A stretch of 64,000 nucleotides of DNA from Octopus vulgaris (lineage: Eukaryota). The number at the start of each line of letters is the position of its first letter. Position 1 is the stretch's first letter. Of the stretch, positions 50,841-64,000 are shown piece by piece. Under the pieces are notes generated by a model, which was given only the letters and a program-made list of their open reading frames with translations, did no database searches and was not told the origin of the DNA. Location of the stretch: the NCBI GenBank assembly GCA_951406725.2, contig OX597826.1, positions 81,468,001-81,532,000 of the forward strand. The letters run 5' to 3'. The position numbers and the translations under genes were made by a program.

Positions 50841-52695
50841 ATGTGTGTGTGTATATAATCTGACACTGAAATTAGTTCAAAGGAGCATACAATTGTGCGT
50901 TGTGTGTCACTAGAGCAGCAGCCATAACAACATTTACAGTAGAATAAGGTTGACAAAAATTCTTGGTAATTATTTTTTCAAATCACACTTTACCATATTA
51001 AAAATAAAGATAACATCTTGGTTGGTGTAGTCGAACCAAAAAAGATGGTTGGAACATTCTTGCTCACGCTTGATTACGGCTGTTTTACGGTTATGCAACA
51101 ATAATTTGTGGTGGTAAGAAGCATCTTTTAACCAAATATGTTTCTGTTGTATTCAAAATACTAAGAATTCTCGTACATCGTATCTAAAACAAGGACATTA
51201 TGTCCCCTTGTTTTTACGTTTCTTTTTTTGCGAGATGGATGCGATCACTATCGATTTTACGATTCTTTTTGTTCCGTCTGTAGATTACCTGCAGAGATTT
51301 ACTTGCCATTAGTCTTTGTATCCTAACTGAGGAAACCCGGGTAAATACAGCTCATAGTAGGGTAGTTACATTCAGAAATATGCTAATCGTACTCACGAAG
51401 AAGAAAAAAGACAAACATCTAAAATTGTCTACAATAACAATGTCAGGTAACGTGGAACAACAGCATCTTACATAACAATAAAATACTGTTCCTCATTTGT
51501 ATTCGCCTGTGAACACTTTTGCTAATGTTCTAAATATTCTCCAGTCATACAAATCACAAAAGAGGGGCAACTATTTCGACACCATTTTGGAAATATCAAA
51601 TGGTTTATTTAAAAACATTCAATAACGAACCAAAATTAAAACACCATTTTACTTACAGTATTTTATTCTTTCCATATATAAATTTCTTTGTAGTGATAGT
51701 TACATTTTTTTTTTAATTGTTATTCCACGCCATTTAAATTTAATGCATGCAAATAGTTCCCGGCTAAATTTTTCCACTTGGGCGACTCTGGCATGCAAGT
51801 ACCAAAGCAGAAATCTCCATTGCTTTCCGATATCAACATCAATTGGTTCCTAATGTTCTAGAAATGCATGACTTCCATTTTGGTTTTTTGGAGGTAATAT
51901 TCTTCTTTTAATTTCAATTTGTAAAGATGTTTGTGCATAGATCAACATTTGTCACTGCTTTCAGCAATTTTCTCCCAATAATAGATCTATGTAAATGAAG
52001 GCGATGATTCTCAGTTGAGAATTTTCGAATTCTTTGATGCAGAAATTACCGAAATCCCGGAGAAGAAAAGAAAGGACAAAAGAAAGAAGAAAAAGACGAA
52101 GGAACCAATTCAAAAGTTACGGCCGAATAATTCCTATTCAAGCAGAAACATCATAGTTTTAAGTCAGTTTTTCTGGTTAGAATCTATAAATAAAATTACT
52201 GAAAAGTATTAGTCTGCTAAAAGAGGTTGTGCAAAGAAGGGGAGAATCTCAAAAAGCCAACATATTTTTTCAAAACATTAAATACAAATCAGAAAACACA
52301 AAACGAAGACAATATAAATGTCTAATTGTATTTTATTTTAATTTGTAATTTTATTTATTGATTTAATTATCACCAATCTCTGTTTTGTCTGCAACGGAAA
52401 TACCAATACAATTTTATGTTTAAAGACAAAACAAGCTTTTGTTTTATTCATTAACCGAGCAGATTCATTATTGTTTCGCCAACATTATGTTTCATTAACT
52501 AGTGGCGAGTGTTATTGTTCTTCTCACTGAAAATAAACTTTATAACATACAGCAAAGATGCGCTTTATGGTTGCTATAGTTGAGAGTTAATATGTAGCGT
52601 GATCTCAAGACTACACGACTCAGCCGAACACACAGTCTAATTAAATACTACTATCTCTACAAAGCTCTAGTACGATCCACAATGAAGTTAATACT

Positions 52696-52927
52696 TATTT
52701 CTTTACTACCCACAAGGGGCGAAACACAGGGGACAAACAAGGACAGACAAACGGATTAAGTCGATTATATCGACCCCAGTGCGTAACTGGTACTTATTTA
52801 ATCGACCCTGAAAGGATGAAAGGCAAAGTCGACCTTGGCGGAATTTGAACTCAGAACGTAGCGACAGACGAAATACTGCTAAGCATTTCGCCCGGCGTGC
52901 TAACGTTTCTGCCAGCTCGCCGCCTTG
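52696..52927 (-). mobile_element. Full-length family A tRNA-SINE
   Basis: 14-bp TSD atgaagttaatact at 52682-52695 and 52928-52941. Confidence 0.93.
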
Positions 52928-52959
52928 ATGAAGTTAATACTGCCCCAACAATTACCCAA

Positions 52960-53367
52960 GAGAGGCGGTACTACTGCTACACATAGAAATATCTTAGTCA
53001 GTACCCGGGAAACCTCAAAACTTCTCTCACTACTGAATGACATGAAATGCTTTCTCCAAAACATACCAACAGTTCATCCATAGTCATTACATCTCCCCAT
53101 TCTCCGCTACTAGGACAGTCTCTCTTTATACAGTCGGTTTGTCTCATATTCAGTTCACTTATTCCCTTCCATGCAATTCGTCTCTCCTCTTGTCCTTCAT
53201 TTTGTAACAACCCCCTGTCCACTCAGACTACTTTGCGCTTCTACCACAAAACATCACTTATTTGGAATTCCCTTACATTCCATGATTTTGCTGTAACTGC
53301 CGAATTGCGACAGTTTAAGACTGGTCCTCAGGGCGTCAAGGTCCTCCGTACATCCCCAAACTATTAA
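52960..53367 (+). mobile_element. Decayed L2/CR1-group LINE 3' end
   Basis: FYHKTSLIWNSL..LRQFK resembles the F..RT..LWN.LP....FK terminal motif. Confidence 0.5.
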
Positions 53368-53819
53368 AAAAGTTTCAAAATCAAACCTTAGTAATGTCAC
53401 AACTGTATTAAGCAAGGTGTATGCATAGATGTGTGGTTGAAGCATTCTTTTCACCTCCACCTAAATATGGGTTCAATCCCACTATTCGACACTCTGAATA
53501 AGCGATTTCTATAAAAACCTCAAGTTGCCCAGTAACTTATGGTGGGGAGGTTGATAAATGTAAACCATGCAGAAGGCCGTCGTATACTTACATACACCAC
53601 ACACACACACACACATACACACGCTTGAGCATAGCGATACTTACAACTTGGTATTAGAACTCGATATGCTTCAGAAAGAAGAGTTAATCGAGTACAGAGC
53701 GGAATAAGAGATTCTAGAAATGACAAAGAAACAAAAAAAAATCTAATTAAACTTCATTACGTATTTCATTACATGAAATGTCTTACATAATTTCTTGTTC
53801 CTTTGTCATTCATATATTC

Positions 53820-53882
<63 letters not shown>

Positions 53883-54249
53883 GGTGTGTGTACAAATGTA
53901 TATATCTTTCTGTCTATGTATCCATCTCTTTCTCTATCTGTGTGTGGAAGGGTTGGTGTATTTATGCATGTATCTTCAACCGATTTATATCAATGACAAA
54001 TGTAGGGAAACATCAACAGCAAAAAGTGCTTTAAGAATAAGTTACTCGTATCGGGTTAGGCACGCTCTTTCGATTCTGACCACCAGAAATGCTCTGTACC
54101 AAAAATTAGTCCATTGGTATATATAAAATATAATAGTTGAAACGAAACGGCTGATCACAATTTTTGGAACTTCATCCGAACTGATTTTACGAATTTTAGT
54201 AATTTATTTTGAAGATGCAAACCGTCACTATTTTTTAAGTCTGTAAAGC

Positions 54250-54860
54250 CAAGCTAATACTACGAATTTGATAATGACAAAGTTTGCTAAAACTTTGTTT
54301 GAGGGCAAATGCAGAAGGTGTGGAAAAGGAGATGAAAGTATTAACCATCACTTGAGTGAATGCAGTAAACTAACAGAAAAAGAGTATAAGCACAAGCACG
54401 ACTATGTCGGTAAAAGATTGCATTGGGATTTTAGCCTAGTGTATGGATTCAAAGTAACAGAGACTATGATGAAAAATAATTACAGGAATTTGTGGGATCT
54501 CCTCATAAAACTGACCATACAACTGGAACAAGACGACCAGATGCTTACATAAAACCCCCCCCCCAGAAAAATCTATGTAAGACTACAGACTTTGCAATAC
54601 CGTACAATAACAGGGTGGCTACCAAAGAAATAGAAGAAAATTGGAGAAATATCCAGGATTTAACCGGAGAGAAGAAGGGATTGTAGAAGACTAAGATGAC
54701 AATTATTGCTGTGATAACTGTGCCCTTGGTACAAAATCCAAAATGCTCTTAAAAGGGCCGGAGACTAATGGAATTGAGACATGCATAGCCAACCCGCAGG
54801 AAAGGGAAATCCTGTACCCTGCAAAGATTCTAAAAAAGATGCATGAGATTTGTTATCACA
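54250..54860 (+). mobile_element. R4/Dong-like LINE 3' fragment (CCHC plus restriction-like endonuclease)
   Basis: KCRRCGKGDESINHHLSECS..YKHKHDYV, then RRPD..DFAIP..KEIE. Confidence 0.8.
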
Positions 54861-55419
54861 AAACATTGAGACAACATCCATGCCGGCTAATGTAGCACGT
54901 AATCCTTTTACCAATAAAAATAAGAATAACAGTTAAACTAACAAAAAAAAATGATAACAGTAAAATAGCAAAAGAACCAGACACGCAAGAAGAAATGTCA
55001 GCGATCAGCATTACGAAGAGAAAGAAAGGCAAGAAGAAAGAAACAGAACAGACAGCTGAAGAAAGACACGGTTTGTGAGACGAAACCGTGGTCGTCCAGT
55101 TCCCCAAACTTTTAAAACATAGACGAATATAGAACAACTCTATGGCATTGGAACTCACGGACACGTACATAATTCCATATAGACGTGTACACTCATACAC
55201 GTTGGCTCAAATACAAACACATTCACACATGCAACATCCTCTTGAAACTCGGACATGCGCACACAGCCTAAAGCCTGTGACAAACCACGAATGTACGGTC
55301 TGTATTTCTAATACATAGATAACAACAATAATAAAAAAAAATAATACACATAAGCGAATCGATAAAAACAAGATAGACTTGTCATTATTGATCACAAAAG
55401 CATTAAGCAGATATATATA

Positions 55420-55873
55420 TGTCTGTCTGTCTGTCTGTCTATCTGTCTGTCTGTCTGTCTGTCTGTATGTATGTATGTATGCATGTATATATATATATGT
55501 ATGCATGTATATATATATATATATGTATGCATGTATATATATATATATGTATGTATGCATGTATATATATATATATGTATGCATGTATATATATATATAT
55601 ATGTATGCATGTATATATATATGTATGCATGTATATATATATATATATGTATGCATGTATATATATATATATATGTATGCATGTATATATATATATATAT
55701 GTATGCATGTATATATATATGTATGCATGTATATATATATATGTATGCATGTATATATATGTATGCATGTATACATATGTGTATATATATATATGTATGT
55801 ATATGTACGCATGTATATGTACGCATGTATATATATATGTGTATATATATATATATATGTATGTATATGTACG

Positions 55874-55909
<36 letters not shown>

Positions 55910-55910
55910 G
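55420..55910. repeat. Compound gtatgcat(gt)(at)n minisatellite
   Basis: Seen directly. Confidence 0.95.
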
Positions 55911-56259
55911 TACCCCACAGCATTAAACACGGAAAAGATAAGGGTGGATATTAGTTTCTTGTTTGTTTCTTTGTCTCATTCAACAACATTTAATTGCTTA
56001 CAATTATAGAAGCTGTGCTCTATCAAATTGTCTACGCTAACAGATAAGACTCGGAGCCTAGAACTAGCACGAAGGGGTTAATGACAATTAGCCAAAGCTC
56101 ATGTTGGATCAGAGGAAATATTAACAATAACAAATAGTAAAAAAAGGAAAATAATAATATCAGTGATGATAATAATAATGAAAGGAAGCGTTTGGAATGA
56201 TACATTTAGTGATGGTGTCACAATAAAAACCCTGGTAATTGCGCAACCTGATAATCGTT

Positions 56260-56960
56260 ACCTCATATGAATGACAAGGAAAAAACAAAACATTGTGAAT
56301 AACGGTGGTAATGAAACTGAAGCCCTTGATAGCGACAGTGTTACACCCGGCAGGCGCAGAGATACTGGTCCGACTCCAGCCTGTCGTTATCCAGTAAGGG
56401 ACCAGCACACACGGTGTAGATGGAACAAACAAATCAATGCTGTGGTCATGGAGTGTTACCACTTGAGTAACTCCGTAGACGAAAATGGTATTCATCTTAG
56501 GGGATACCAATGCATTTAGTAATGGTGTCACAATAAAAATACTGGTAATTGTATGACCAATGGAGAGAAAGAGGATTGTTTTAAATCACAGAACAGAGAT
56601 TATGTGATCAAGTTAGAGTAATAAGAAAAAATCATTGGTTCACAGAAGTAGAGCTCGAAGCTATTAAAAGACGGGTTTTGGAAAATAGCAGCAGAGGAAA
56701 CGATGAAAATACAGTTCCTACTGATAAAAGTAATCTCATAGCAGAAAACAGAGGTAAAATATCTAATAAATCACAGGAAAGGAACAGTGATAGTATGCTC
56801 GATGAGAGACATAGATGGTTTGGAAGAAGAGAACTATTGGTGACATGACAGACGGGCAAAAGGAAATCAACGACAGAATAAAGACAAGGCTGCAGGAGAA
56901 CGATAGCGTCATTATTTGCAACCTTAAAAAGGTTGATCGGTGGAAATTGAACCTAGAACC
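56260..56960 (+). mobile_element. R4/Dong-like LINE N-terminal fragment
   Basis: RWNKQINAVVMECYHLS..RGY and TEQRLCDQVRVIRKNHWFTEVELEAIKR. Confidence 0.7.
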
Positions 56961-57007
56961 GAAACAAATATCTTAGGAATGAGAACCCAGGTTCGAAATT
57001 TCCCCAA

Positions 57008-57053
57008 GACACCTGATGAAGGCTGGAGGGCATAGCAACCGAAACGTTGTGTT
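57008..57053 (+). ncRNA. Minimal type I hammerhead with canonical CUGAUGA core
   Basis: GACAC-CTGATGA-A-GGCTG..CAACC-GAAA-CG-TT-GTGTT, with one helix II mismatch. Confidence 0.75.
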
Positions 57054-57202
57054 AACAACAAACAAGATGAGGACAAATATCTGTCAAATGTAAATAATGT
57101 AAATAATGTTCAAGATTTCTTGCCAATAGAAAAAGAATCGGTTTCTAACCCAGATCCAAGGTTCCTTCATCGGAATTTCAACATCAACAACAGAGTTCTT
57201 TT

Positions 57203-57344
57203 GTATGTATGTATGTATGTATGTATGTATGTATGTATGTATGTATGTATGTATGTATGTATGTATGTATGTATGTATGTATGTATGTATGTATGTATGT
57301 ATGTATGTATGTATGTATGTATGTATGTATGTATGTATGTATGT
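57203..57344. repeat. (GTAT)n microsatellite
   Basis: Seen directly. Confidence 0.97.
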
Positions 57345-58304
57345 GCAGATTTGTATGTTTTATCTATGTATTCCCGTGCATATAGTTACATATCTAGACA
57401 TGCTCATATATATTTAAATATATTTAAAATTTCTGGAAAGTTTTACAGATTTTTACAGTTCCAGTGATGGATTGGATCTGTAGTCTTCGAATTAGCTTTC
57501 TTTTCTGGTTTGAGAAGCCTAATTTCTCAAGACTGGTATGTATGTATTAGAATACTGACATAAAATAAGTAATCTTAAGTTCGATATGGAAATTTTGGCA
57601 GGGGTACAAATATTTCTCTTGATTGATACGCTTCCAATCAATTTTCCTTCTTCTGCGATGCCAACACAGTCAATGCAGCCAATCGAAATCCAACTTAACT
57701 GCTCAGTTAGACGATATACATAATATCATAGTAATTTGTCGAAAATTATCATAGCTGCAGGCAAGTGAAATATTTTTTGTTGAATATCAAACTTTGCATT
57801 AACACCCCCCCACCACCAAAACAGTGATGTTCTTTAGAGGCGAAGAAATATTCATACATACATATAGATATTTATGTGTTTGTGTGTGTGTGTGTGTGTA
57901 TGCATGCACATACTCATACATACATGTATACATAGATTCAAAAAAGTGTAGGCTCTATGTCGTCGAAGGAGCAGACATCCTTGTTAGAACGAAGGGCTGC
58001 ACCGGCCATCATAACTTAAGACAGAAATTTTTGCAAGTTGAATGCATCTCGGCAAATCTGTTATCGAACTAGAAAAACCTCATTTTCTAACAACATTAGA
58101 CACAGCGTTTGATGCCTTTTTGCCCTTTCCCCATTTGACTATACTTACTAAGCATAATTATTTTAGATGTAAAAACCCAACATTAACAAAGTCTTCATCT
58201 AACGAATTGAAGAGCCATAACCTTTATTCGCCTTTTCAGTCAAAGTTTTCTTCCCGTAATTTTTCTCATTCTTTCGCATTTTCTCATAGAGTAGCTGTGT
58301 TATC

Positions 58305-58395
58305 TGAGCCTGAATTATTGCCAGATCGTGTGCGGTACACAATATAATTCCGTTCGACTACTGCACTATCTGAACATGAAACTTGAAGTAGCTCA
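58305..58395 (+). ncRNA. Decayed hammerhead with long helix II
   Basis: TGAGC-CTGAATT..CAGAT..TGCGGTA/TACTGCA..ATCTG..GAAA-CTT-G-AAG-TA-GCTCA. G8 and A9 are mutated. Confidence 0.5.
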
Positions 58396-59208
58396 AGTAT
58401 AAATCCTGTATTCATTAATTGAATACTTTTTCTGACCTTATACACAAAGATGCGCGCGCTCGTGTGGGTGTGTATACAATGATGACTTGCACATTTATAA
58501 TACGCCCGAGTAGATTCGAGCGTGAATATGCTAATCGCTGTCATATTTTGTTATTGGAGAACATATTGACAACTTCGAAGAAACTATGTCTGACCACCTA
58601 GAATAAAGAATTCTGAGAGTTAAGTCTGAGAGCGAATAAACATTTAATCCATAATCCTTAGTCCGACAATATGTATTTAGTTTCGTTTACGGAGCTTCGA
58701 GAAGGAAAGAACATAATTTAGAGGAGCTGATTTATAAATTACAGATGGGAAGAATGGAAAGTGTGTGTATGCATGTGTGTGTGTGTGTGCGTGCATGTGT
58801 GTGTGCGTGTGCGTATGTACGGACAGTTGGATGAATGGATATCAAAACAAGTCTGAAAAAACAATGTTGGTATTATTTATTCCCCGTTGCACGTGCTTCA
58901 GTTTTCGAATAGAAGTTAGAAAATTGTACATGTAGGAAAAAACATGTAAGATATCTACATACCATATAGATATAATAAACAATAACGATGACGATGAGGA
59001 AGTAATAAATGGCTGCAGTCAATTGATTCGCTACTCAAATGGAAATAATGAGTTGAACGTTCGATAGAATACTTTATTTCTTTTCCGTATTAAACTGCAT
59101 CATGCAGTTCAGACCGATTTTACAGGAGACAGGATGTCATAACCACTCACTCGTCGAGAGATTCTACGACTCGTCTTCAACATCCCTTCTTACAGTACAA
59201 CATAGTCC

Positions 59209-59274
<66 letters not shown>

Positions 59275-60483
59275 TCTTTGAGAAAAAGAGGGGACGATAC
59301 GAGGACAGAAAAAACAAACATTGGGGCCAGGGTATCGAATGAGACGAAACATATGAATAAACAAACAATTAAAATATATACAATTAAATGAGAATGCGTG
59401 ATTAACAAAAAATGAAGCGGAGGACGCGGTTGACCCCACAAACCACAGACTCACACTGAAGACTTTGCTTTCTCCTTTTTTACATTCTCGATTAAACAGG
59501 TTCTTTCACTCGCAACATACTTGCTGTAGACTTCCATCTTTTACGAAACACACTTTGCGACAGGCATTTCTTCTCCAGCCTTATTTTCCGTTTCATGTGG
59601 AAAACGAAAAAGTCGATTAGCTCGAGACTGGAGATAAACATGCCTGTTGCAATTCCTTTCACTCTCGAGAAAGTTTGGCCCCACTATGTCAATGGTACTT
59701 TAGCTATTATGGCAATATAAACAATAAATTTGTCCTTGGCAAGATTTGAACTCCCAAAGCATAGTCAGAACAAATACCACAAGGCATTTTGTATGACGCT
59801 TTACCAGTGATACTAATTCTTAGCCCCATGAATAAACATATCTGATCAGAACCCGACTTTCCCAAACTCAGAAGAACATACATCTTATTCACATAAAATT
59901 TCTGACAAGCTGGCTTACGCTAATTTTCTAAAATTATCAAAATTTTCTCAAGTGTCAATTTAATTTTCAAGTTCTTTATTCATGCTCCCGTTTTAAGAAC
60001 ACTTAATAATAAAAAATTGGATGGATTCATTAGAAATAGTGTCATATTTAGTTTAGTCAAACTTTTTCTTCCCAACAGAGAAATACACTATTTTGGCATA
60101 GTTTCAATTATTATTTGGTAATAAACCGAAAATTTTTTGAATAAAAGCTTTTTTTGTAACTAAATTACATTTTTTCCCTCTTCTGGTTTTGTTTCTTGTA
60201 ATGTTTTGCGCTGTCCATAAGACTTTCAAAAACTTCAGCCTACCATTATTACATTATAATTTTAATATCTTTACCACATTCTTTCTATTGTGTATTTCCT
60301 GTTCTTGGTTCTCTTTTCACTTTAATTGTAATATTTAATAAATATGTTTCTTTAAATAACGAAACAAAGACCCTTGAGGTGTTCTGAAATCGTTTCTTTT
60401 TTTCAAATTCAAATCAATATGATATATATATAATTGATTAAGTAAATTGCAAAATAATAATAAAAACGTATATATTCCTCAAA

Positions 60484-60537
<54 letters not shown>

Positions 60538-62608
60538 TATCTACCTACCACATATATACATATACACTCATACATATATATTTATGTATTTAAATATGTC
60601 GAGTAGGCATAGCGAGACCAATAACAATGTTAGACGAGTCAAGAATGGTAATAGAAAACAAGGAGCTGACACTAGAAAAACCAAACGCTATGGAATGAAC
60701 TTCATTCGCTCAAGGCTGTATGTGTGCGCGCGTGTATGTGTATACATGTGTATGTTCATATAGGTGTGTGTTTAAGCATATACTCATCTATGTATGCATA
60801 TATATATATATATATATGCACACATGCTTGAAAAGTATGTGTGTTTCTGCATATGTATGTATCTGCATATATAAAAGGCAGGGTGTGTGTGTACATGAAT
60901 GTAATTTATACACGTTCACAAATTAGGAGCGAAATTCTTCACTACTCAGCCTTGCTTGCAATTAACCGATGTTCTGAAAAACCAATTGAACATTAAGAGT
61001 TTGCAAGTTTTTATTCCCCCAAAATATCCCTGGATTAACATCAGCATAAAGCAATTTTTTACTTACATCCAGTTCTTACGTATAAAAAACAATTATTTTC
61101 ACCAGGATAAAAAAAAAATTATAAAACTACAACTAAAATTGTTTTGAGAATTGCTTATTTGTTAGATAAAACAGAAAACTCGTATATTGACCTAGAATTT
61201 AATAATTCGTGTATAATAGTGACAATTTAAGAAAATTTATTCAATAAGATTGGTATTTTTGAAAAATAAATGACCAGCAACAAGGAGAGCTGAAGACAAG
61301 CATCTCAGTACCCAATAAAGAAATGAAGAATTATTATTCCAGTAGTTTTCTCAGAATCTTGTTGAATTAAGAGTTGTGCCTGAGAGTTTGGTGGTGTTGT
61401 TCATTCGGGGGAGAAATGACGAAAGAATTAAACTTTATCGTGTGGCATAAATGGATCAATTCCTGGTGAAAATAATTAAAAAAAAAACGTGGAGAAAACA
61501 TTGATGAATTGTAATCTGATTTGGAAATGTCTGAGGCGCAAAACAACTGATGATGAGAAAAACAAATCTGACATCGAAGAAGGTTTTGATAGATAAGTCT
61601 ACACAACTTATGGCAGTATAGAATGCACAAAGCATGTAGATTCATTGCCTCGTTCATCAGCAGGCACATTCAAGGAATACAGGGATTTACTTCTATGAGA
61701 ACATGGGGCTTGGCCGTATCATGTCGCTGAAGATGTCCTTATAGCAATAAAGTAATCATATGCTGCTTGCAAATGAAGAATGTTTGTAGAAATTCGAACT
61801 TGCGACTGAGTCAATGCATTTTAAAGTGTTTAATCTTAGAATGTGAAGTTATATGCAACATATATTCCATAATACAAATCTTTCCGCCTAAACTAACGTC
61901 TTTTTTTCACTCTCAGATAAAGTTAGCCAACTTCAATTCCTTTCATTGCTGTAAAAGTACAACCAAGATGTATATAAACTCCATTTCCTTTCCACTCTCG
62001 ATCAAGACGTTCTCACCTGTCAGAAGTTTCGGCAGCGGTATTCAAATCACAGTGAGACTTACAGAAACATTGAAAATATTTAAAAAATTCATTTTTCTGA
62101 ATTATCGAAGAAATTGTGTCAGATCTTTTATTGAAATTATTGGCCTGCATTCAAAGGATTTTCAACAAGTCTTTTGACATGTTGGAAATATAAATTATAA
62201 AAGGAGTAACTTGATTCAATGTATAAATGCCTCCCAGGTGAAAGATATAATTCTTTAAAATCCTTTGCTTAGGGATACGGATCTGCATTTGGCATAATCG
62301 GCTTATGTAGAACCCCCCCCCCAACTTTCGTAAAGAGGAACTCTATTAAATCGATTAATAGGTTCGTATTAAGTGATAAAAACTTGCAGTTAGTTTTAAT
62401 AGTAGCTACCACAAAATTTGGACCATAATTTGGCTATATTTTGTTCAGGAATAAGTAATTTCATTATTCTTATTTATTGATACAATACAGAAGTTAATGT
62501 AGGTGTGTACTCCGATCATGAAAAACATCGAAGTAATCTTTTTTAAAGCAAAGGAACTGCTTGTCTTTACAGGCTTATGATGAACATGGTTTCATTGTTT
62601 CTTCGCCT

Positions 62609-62797
62609 TCATCATCATCATCGTTTAACGTCAGCTTTCCATGCTAGCATGGGTTGGACGGTTTTGTCTGAGGGCTGGCGAACCAGATGGCTGCACCAGG
62701 CCCCAATCTTGATCTGGCAGAGTTTCTACAGCTAGATGCCATTCCTAACGCCAACCACTCCGAGAGTGTAGTGGGTGCTTTTTACGCGCCACCGGCA
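62609..62797 (-). mobile_element. Family B SINE 3' part
   Basis: Reverse complement of the tail of 15040-15195. Confidence 0.88.
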
Positions 62798-64000
62798 AAA
62801 CTTAAAGATATTTCCAGACCAACCAAAAATATGTTTGCCATCAACCGATCTCGATTAGTGAATCTTTTTAGACAAAAGATATCCTGTAATGAGAGTCACT
62901 TACATGTATAAGTATAGGAAAATTCTTATAAGTTAGTTTATAACTTAATACTGCGGGCAAACATTTTTTCCTAAGTCTATCGTGTTTCAACTAAAAGCCT
63001 GCGGCTTGCTACTTTTCAAATAGGTTCCCTTCCTCGAGGTTATCCCATTTGCTCGAAACAATTTATACGTCATTAGTTACTCTTAACTTTTTCTTGTAGT
63101 ACCTAAGTTTAAATTCTTTTCATTCAGGGCGATGAAGATCGTTTCATTCAATGTAACAAATTTTATCACTATTACACTAAAAGTACATTCGATATAGTTG
63201 AGTAAATATCGATGATTTGAATGTAACCCCACCCAGCAAAAAATGTGAAAAGTGAGAGAAAAGTAACAATAATCAAAGAATAGATGCAGAATTTTATCAC
63301 TCAAAGCACTTAAAAGAAAAATCAATCAACTCTTAAAAAAACTTGTTAAGGCAAATATTTAGAGAGTGTTGGGGTTGGAGGAAGGGTCAAACACTGGAGA
63401 TCATAAGATTTTGGAATATACTATATTAATCTTGCTTCTCAGCTTCTAACCTTCTTCTTCTTCTTGATGTTGCTGCTGTTACCATTGATGTTGTATCTAT
63501 TGTTATTGATGTTGGTGTATGTCAGCTTCTGTCAAAAGATATTTGGACTATAAATTGGTTGTTATTACTCCAAATCAAACTTATGTCACGAAAATGTGTC
63601 ATAACAGAACGGAAAGATATAAAGTGCAAAACAGCTAAAATTAAAAAAACTAATAGTAGAATTTATTTTGAAGGAAAGGAAATGTGAAAAGGTACTCTCG
63701 TATGTTCAGGGTAACCTCTATCATATTGGATGTTAAGTATTTATAACAGAAACATATTGATTCGGGACTATCAGCTGATTAGACCATAGTTTTAGGGTTA
63801 GGGTTAGATTCAGCGGTATATGTATGCATTCATACTTCTATATATTCATATGATGCACCCGACAGTTTGAATAAGAATTGAAGCAAATTTAAATATGAAA
63901 TTTCATTGTGAAGGAATAACATTCCTTCTATGCTATTCATGTGCGGGGAAAAAGAGGAAGATAATCTTCTGATGAACCATTCCACAGTTTGTGAATCGCT

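Noticed and set aside
51315-51350. CTGAG-GAAA-CCCGGG-TA hammerhead-like words
   Set aside because: No helix II can be placed between the core halves.
51340-52220. Coding-like minus-strand stretch (..WRFLLWYLHARVAQVEKF..)
   Set aside because: Multiple stops and no motif I can assign; left unannotated.

Overview
This is AT-rich, microsatellite-dense animal DNA. The SINE and LINE repertoire suggests an octopus (inferred from repeat families, not proven). There is one host gene: the last five coding exons of a TMEM184C-like gene (175-10326, +). The remainder is a mosaic of decayed retroelements (RTE, CR1, Tx1/L1, R4/Dong, and several SINE families with TSDs), a pseudogenised Rep/PIF1 Helitron, and pogo and Tc1/mariner fragments. 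The main signal the ORF track does not show is at RNA level. By eye I find about 20 type-I hammerhead-ribozyme-like motifs from roughly 14 unrelated sequence families. Most have the short palindromic helix III typical of Penelope-like elements (PLEs) and retrozymes. They include U3-A8 compensatory cores, a U6 core family, and forms with very long helix II inserts, and many sit in head-to-head inverted repeat pairs. One such pair (17043-19822) encloses an ORF1-only gag/CCHC element whose 3' tail matches the tail of the local tRNA-derived SINE. All structure calls are manual base-pairing reads; no folding or database search was run.
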